This document shows, piece after piece, positions 60,101 through 64,000 of a DNA stretch of 64,000 nt. Position numbers and translations under genes: made by a program. This DNA comes from Candidatus Heimdallarchaeota archaeon (GTDB taxonomy: Archaea; Asgardarchaeota; Heimdallarchaeia; Hodarchaeales; Hodarchaeaceae). The stretch lies in the NCBI GenBank assembly GCA_020353515.1, contig CP070695.1, forward strand, positions 633,722 to 697,721, given 5' to 3'. Below the pieces are notes generated by a model, which saw only the letters and a program-made list of their open reading frames with translations, did not search any database and was not told the DNA's origin. The first letter of the stretch is position 1, and each line of letters opens with the position of its first letter.

Positions 60101-60642
60101 GTCAGTTTCAAGAAATAGCAACAACTGATCATGTTAGTCGTTTAACTGAAGCAATTCTCAGACTAGTAGCAGTGAGAAGTTCTGTAATTGAGATCATGAA
60201 AACAATTGAAAAAAGTCGAAATGCATCCTTGCAAACTGAATTAGGGGAGTTAGAATACTATTCTAACATTCAAGAAGTGTTTAAGAGATATACTGAAGAA
60301 GCTTCAAAGAAGATATTTCCTTTATCTGAGTTAGTAAAAGCTCGTGAGGAATTTCTTGATTCTCATGATCTTAGATATATATTGGAGTTATTACCACAAA
60401 TAGATGAACAAAGAAATGAGTGGAAAAAAGTATCAATCCAGCTAAATCATTGGCACCGTGCAGTTCGAATGTTTCGGCCACGATATACACCAACAGAAAG
60501 TAGAGAAGAGAATTTACGGTTTTACAAAGAAATATCGAAGAAAATTAAAGAAACATATCCTCACAACGAAGTAATTCGTTCATATTTGAGCTTAGTTATG
60601 AAATTACTTATTGAAATTAAATCTGGAATTAAATTGGATTAA
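57127..60642 (+). CDS. Large (1171 aa) all-alpha repeat/rod protein of unknown function
   Basis: E/K/L/I-rich amphipathic helices; recurring ~120-140-aa unit; no NTPase, TM or signal motifs seen. Confidence 0.8.
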   Translation: MLVNMASEGKLLVSKEVLHKIRDLVTELRSIDPTVQVVSALNEAQKLVIEIEKLEIALPKAGFFKKRGIRKTLTQDREKYNKLTEELLNALLVGFRKIYFDLANNIKEIAKFIPQETETIRKLQIPSFDVNEILRFSSNVLRTYNQISEVLRGKNVSILLFNREIIELYGKFVNFDEEKVRATNQTTKTSIHVMTIPDLLEVYSMLEAENAYLKQRRKGTEGKIQLAIVQMSSELQQHIDTVASIGLDLWSKIDILKEEVQDIQTNADRTTSVETLISLEKRLNSLSNEFINMLRTYEISLKTETEDQIGRIIQIFGKEGLESAFSPVPETDISSTSIPTIIQDIEKIRSWRQQQIIATKKILSTSELVNSSKAIRAMKIPVPQDFVKNVRTIEKEAAKTSDLQEWVELAKRYYDLKSSLAEECQNYFFRLLENPHIQEVINLSEGPQIPTIRDFEALSPSELSTKAREIKDWETRLVAYFSKPAQQSLRQNLLNLYDSRESLRDILSEDLKTQIDYQRKQKIAEEIDIRDLVHEIEGLHRLNSNIKTELWNKIDNEIHPIYNQLTNLETIPPKLKVHVPILAIDDLKSFREEVGEAAQKSTQELLDEYEKIPLWKYKISSRIRENLKSIPFPLIPVETRFDLREKRNQIVELIDEYSELGNIEAVIKEYISFLETIEENKKEILIELKKQIGNLEGVDRRLFRLLKSRKTSLIYSTDKEIDGLDYSEALTEFWQLSAFIDRKASTLAEQMEREISSHIQDYSKLPIQYAGFFDETLDLMKEKMDEIKTHKDIVRLVNVFESYSLESLQMSKDSLAKLHQNLYNWLRVSLPRINEITPLDDTIFSAEKKVADFEAEEVSHERLAHKLRQLIFLYDTEILSVLLTHGVQESRRVLKNVNDLKEVGINIIEFVGGYIENFSQIIVKNQEDVQLREITDVFVEIDNLQTDPKACREIRSMGKRYITEIQDSVEYLFNHYQIDLRQDERVDLAYLSQFQEIATTDHVSRLTEAILRLVAVRSSVIEIMKTIEKSRNASLQTELGELEYYSNIQEVFKRYTEEASKKIFPLSELVKAREEFLDSHDLRYILELLPQIDEQRNEWKKVSIQLNHWHRAVRMFRPRYTPTESREENLRFYKEISKKIKETYPHNEVIRSYLSLVMKLLIEIKSGIKLD

Positions 60643-60681
60643 CATTTCCTTACAAATAAACGATAAAAAGAGCGTGTCAAA

Positions 60682-62052
60682 ATGTCAATTGAAGGAGGAC
60701 CAGAATCAGAGATCTTTGCAATTGGGATTGGTGAATGTGGCAGTAATCTCCTTGGGAGCTACCTAGCCAGATCTAAAAAAGGTGAGTTGCCTCAACGTAT
60801 TAGAGAATATCTAGTACTGAACACTGATAAAGGTGATTTACTGAAAGCCCGAAAAAAATATTCTATTTCAAAGAACCGAACCCTTCTCTATTCAGATGCA
60901 GAAATTGGAGTTGGGGGTAAGTTCTCAGCTGGTTATGAATCTGTAATAAACTCTCAGGACATTATTTTAAACCAGTTACAAGGGTTAGGTTATGAAGGAA
61001 TTAGTGGATTTTGTATATTTACAAGCTTTGGGGGAGGTACTGGATGTGGGGGAACACCTGCATTAATACAATTATTAAGAAAACGATTTGCTGAAGAAGA
61101 AAAACGTAAAATCTTCATATACGTCTTTGGGGTCTTACCTTTCGTTAATCAGTCATCTGAAGCAGTTAATAGCGTCTGGGCTTTGTCGAAATTACTTAGA
61201 CTTCAGCTCGAGGAAGGAAATATGGGACCAGATCTGATACTTCTTCTTTCTAATAGAACCATGCTTGAAAGGGTTTTAAGCTGGCAACGTGGGGAATCTG
61301 TCGATCTTTTGAGTCGCCAAATAGGAAAAGATTTAGCTGACTTAAGTAGTGAACAGGTAAGTTCTAGTATTCCCACAGTTATCGGTCAAGATGGAACAAC
61401 TTATCCAACCCAACTGGAAGAGGCTTTTGTTGAACTGGTTAATCCTCTAGCTTTGGAATCAATAGCTGAAATGTTATCACCTGGAGTACCAGAAGTTGGA
61501 AAGGAGGTTCTACCCACTACGGATATTGGTGACTTTGCGCTAAAATTAGATAGTGTCGTTGTACCTGCTATGTTTGATGATTTATCCGTTTTCCCAGAAA
61601 TCGGAGGGATGGATTCTCAGCTTTCAACTGCTGTAGAATATACTCTTTCTAATTGTAGCTTAACGGATATGGGAACGAACCCAACTGCATCATCTGTTTT
61701 CTCAGTACTAAGCGGCCCCCGTAACATTGCGCGAGTAGAATATGATCCCCTTTTGAAAAAAGCATTGGCTCCTTTTCTAGCAAAAGGTGCGAGTATTTCT
61801 CCTACTTATTGTGCTTATGATGATGATAGCACACGAGCATCTCTTCTTCTTTTGTTTGGTCTGCCAAAAATTCCAGAACTTCATGATATTCTTGAAGAAG
61901 CTAAAGCACTCATTAATCTTCATAGTGGGGACTCTGAATTGAAACAACACTGGTTTAAACGTTCAAAAGGTACAACGCGAAAAGAACTTGATGAGGCCGT
62001 AAATGATCTGGAAAAATTATTCGGTTACTATATAAAACCAGAAAAAGGATAA
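60682..62052 (+). CDS. Tubulin/FtsZ-superfamily GTPase (divergent, CetZ/tubulin-like)
   Basis: IGIGECGSN (T1), LNTD (T2), GVGG (T3), SFGGGTGCG (T4), VLPF (T5), LLSN (T6), TTDIGDF (T7-like DxxD). Confidence 0.92.
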   Translation: MSIEGGPESEIFAIGIGECGSNLLGSYLARSKKGELPQRIREYLVLNTDKGDLLKARKKYSISKNRTLLYSDAEIGVGGKFSAGYESVINSQDIILNQLQGLGYEGISGFCIFTSFGGGTGCGGTPALIQLLRKRFAEEEKRKIFIYVFGVLPFVNQSSEAVNSVWALSKLLRLQLEEGNMGPDLILLLSNRTMLERVLSWQRGESVDLLSRQIGKDLADLSSEQVSSSIPTVIGQDGTTYPTQLEEAFVELVNPLALESIAEMLSPGVPEVGKEVLPTTDIGDFALKLDSVVVPAMFDDLSVFPEIGGMDSQLSTAVEYTLSNCSLTDMGTNPTASSVFSVLSGPRNIARVEYDPLLKKALAPFLAKGASISPTYCAYDDDSTRASLLLLFGLPKIPELHDILEEAKALINLHSGDSELKQHWFKRSKGTTRKELDEAVNDLEKLFGYYIKPEKG

Positions 62053-62066
62053 GGTGCTAGATCAAA

Positions 62067-63146
62067 TTGGATAGAAGAGATCCGTCAAGGTTTGATTATA
62101 CCCAAAAGCGCTCAGCTTCTAACGAATCTATAGAAAGGCAACAAGACACAAAACAAGATCAAGTCGAGCGTAAAATCATTTCTTCAGATTTTTGGACATC
62201 CAGAGGAAACATGGGCGAGAAGATTAACATCTTAATTGGATTGAATCTTCAACTTATTAACATAATTTCCTCTTTAGTCCAAATACTAAGTAGAGAAAAT
62301 ACTCTAAGTGAAGATATGAGAATAAGTTTAGAAATGACTAAGGAATTCCTTTCCAAAATAACCATACAGCCCGATTCAGGTTTGGAAATTTTAAAAAATC
62401 TCGAAACAATTGACACTAAAGTGACTACATTAATGGAGGGACTTAATACTGGAGTGTCACCGATAGCTATTGAAAAAGAACCCCAGGATGCTCCAGAAAA
62501 GATTTTTGGTTTTTTTCAACGAAATGCGGTCTATCTTGATAAATGGGGAATAATTGATTCTATTGATAACCTACAAGCCTCTTACTCGAACTTATCTCAC
62601 TTGGGTTTTCCTAATTACTATTCTTCTGCTTGTAGAGAATTACATCGTTATGAGATCCAACAAAATGCTCCTTTTTATAGCCAGTCTGAAATTATACAAC
62701 TTCCTTCTTTTAAACTCAGAGACCTTATAAGTAAGCTTCTACGAGAAGCGCCCGCCGCTCGGTTACTGCAAAATCTTCGTAAAATATTTCCTGCAGAACA
62801 TGATTCAGCTCTTACATCAACAGAACAAGATAAAATCCAAAAAATAGTAGAAATGTACTATAAATGTATTTCAGAATATTTCAATGAAACTCGCAGCTTG
62901 CAGGATTCCCTCCGCATCTCATCAGGCATTCTAAAGAACTATAATCTAGGGACTGGAGACTTAGAATCGAGAATACCTAATGTCTCATTTAATATTGTGA
63001 AAGAAATCAGCTTAGACCTCCAAAATGCCAAAGATGATGAATTAAGAAGGTATATATTATCAGAAACTATCATCCTGATTCATCGATTGAATGATTCACT
63101 TTTACAGACAGAAAGATTTGTTCTCTTCTTGAGGCGTCTGAAATAA
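62067..63146 (+). CDS. Hypothetical helical protein, likely co-transcribed with the tubulin-like gene
   Basis: 359-aa ORF 14 nt after the tubulin-like stop; AAGGTG SD overlaps that stop. Confidence 0.75.
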   Translation: MDRRDPSRFDYTQKRSASNESIERQQDTKQDQVERKIISSDFWTSRGNMGEKINILIGLNLQLINIISSLVQILSRENTLSEDMRISLEMTKEFLSKITIQPDSGLEILKNLETIDTKVTTLMEGLNTGVSPIAIEKEPQDAPEKIFGFFQRNAVYLDKWGIIDSIDNLQASYSNLSHLGFPNYYSSACRELHRYEIQQNAPFYSQSEIIQLPSFKLRDLISKLLREAPAARLLQNLRKIFPAEHDSALTSTEQDKIQKIVEMYYKCISEYFNETRSLQDSLRISSGILKNYNLGTGDLESRIPNVSFNIVKEISLDLQNAKDDELRRYILSETIILIHRLNDSLLQTERFVLFLRRLK

Positions 63147-63156
63147 CTTTTTTTTT
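63147..63156 (+). terminator. Putative oligo-T terminator
   Basis: CTTTTTTTTT immediately after the stop of 62067..63146. Confidence 0.45.
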
Positions 63157-63236
63157 ATGTTTTAAGATATAATTAAAGATTTAAATTTCAGGTGTATTTT
63201 TGTTAAGAGTGAAGGAACTTCGTGTGAGGTAAGAAT

Positions 63237-64000
63237 ATGGGAATAGAAGATGGCATTAAAAATATACAGCAGATGACTTTGGAAAATAAGCAGTCACTCA
63301 ACAAAATTCAAGATTTTGTAAGCACACTTCAAGGAATTCAAGATCCTTCCCAATCAATCCAAAATCTCTCAATGGTACTATTGAATTTTGAAGAAAAACT
63401 CGAACAATCAAACGAAAAAATGAGAGGAGAAATGAACTCCATCCTTGAACTGGTTGATTCTTCACGGATAAGTACGGGTTTACAATCTTCAATTGAGAGT
63501 CTCCCCCAAATGATCTTGAGTCTTGAGGAATCCCTTGGAACTATTCTTAGTACGTTTGAGAAGACTTCTGAAGAGACAAAGAACGATTTGAAATTTATTA
63601 AGGTTAGTTATGTGGAAGATGTTGTTGGTAACATGCGTAATTTGTCTAAAGAAATTATAGATAAGGTGAATAGCTCCAACGACAGAACTACAGCCTTATA
63701 TGAAGCCAGTGTTGGCCACTTTGGGGAAATAGTGGAAAAATTGAATAACATTGAAAGCAGCTTAAATGCACTAGTTGAGAATCAAGCAGATCAATTAGCA
63801 ACTGTAGCAGATCTCAGGGATCGTGTTAGTGCAATTATTCAGGTAGAATTGGCATCACTGCGTGATCGTATTGCAATCTATCTAGAGACAACTATAAATG
63901 AGCTAAAAACATCAGTAACGGAACGGTTAGCCGTTCAAGATGGAACTCTTCAGAAATTAACAAAAGTAACAAAACAATTAACTCAGAATATTGCAGCCCT
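63237..64000 (+). CDS. Coiled-coil protein, 3'-truncated by the window end (not in the ORF track)
   Basis: Manual translation from ATG 63237 (GAGGT SD): MGIEDGIKNIQQMTLENKQSLNKIQDFVSTLQG..., open to base 64000, heptad-rich. Confidence 0.8.
   Translation, partial: MGIEDGIKNIQQMTLENKQSLNKIQDFVSTLQGIQDPSQSIQNLSMVLLNFEEKLEQSNEKMRGEMNSILELVDSSRISTGLQSSIESLPQMILSLEESLGTILSTFEKTSEETKNDLKFIKVSYVEDVVGNMRNLSKEIIDKVNSSNDRTTALYEASVGHFGEIVEKLNNIESSLNALVENQADQLATVADLRDRVSAIIQVELASLRDRIAIYLETTINELKTSVTERLAVQDGTLQKLTKVTKQLTQNIAA

Noticed and set aside
57127-60642. SMC/Rad50- or dynamin-like ATPase/GTPase
   Set aside because: No Walker A/B, signature or G motifs were found at either end.
60682-62052. Canonical ftsZ or true alpha/beta-tubulin assignment
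   Set aside because: It lacks the FtsZ GGGGxN and GAG.NP motifs and tail, and lacks tubulin hallmarks such as the MREI start, NNWAKG and the acidic tail; left unassigned within the superfamily.
1410-63492. Numerous 60-160-aa antisense or out-of-frame ORFs (for example 4186-4479, 6349-6786, 20325-20774, 55315-55794, 63298-63492)
   Set aside because: They overlap well-supported genes and show no motifs; they are shadow ORFs.

Overview
AT-rich archaeal chromosomal window. It is almost certainly from an Asgard archaeon (Heimdallarchaeia/Hodarchaeales-like, by inference). Archaeal housekeeping genes are present: ArcS/RaSEA archaeosine synthesis, Phr-like regulator-grpE-dnaK-dnaJ, TrpB2, EndoQ, NreA, R15P isomerase, Cdc48 and a ~307-nt SRP RNA. 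They are interspersed with many eukaryotic-signature-type genes: Rab-like and Arf-like GTPases, at least four roadblock/LC7 proteins, several longin-domain fusions, Yip1 and a CINP-like protein. No rRNA, tRNA, CRISPR array or transposase was seen. The most striking observations are: (i) an apparent operon of a 1171-aa helical repeat protein, a divergent but motif-intact tubulin/FtsZ-family GTPase and an unknown protein, followed by a coiled-coil gene; (ii) two degenerate division proteins, a pseudo-FtsZ and a pseudo-MinD, each fused to a longin domain, the latter heading a Rab/roadblock/Yip1 cluster; (iii) a receptor-like membrane protein with a cytoplasmic HEPN (RxxxxH) RNase-like domain; (iv) a folliculin/SMCR8-like longin retaining the arginine-finger motif; (v) a four-hairpin RNA leader upstream of a small Zn-finger gene. 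All family assignments come from motifs recognised by eye and compared with remembered consensus sequences; no database searches were run.
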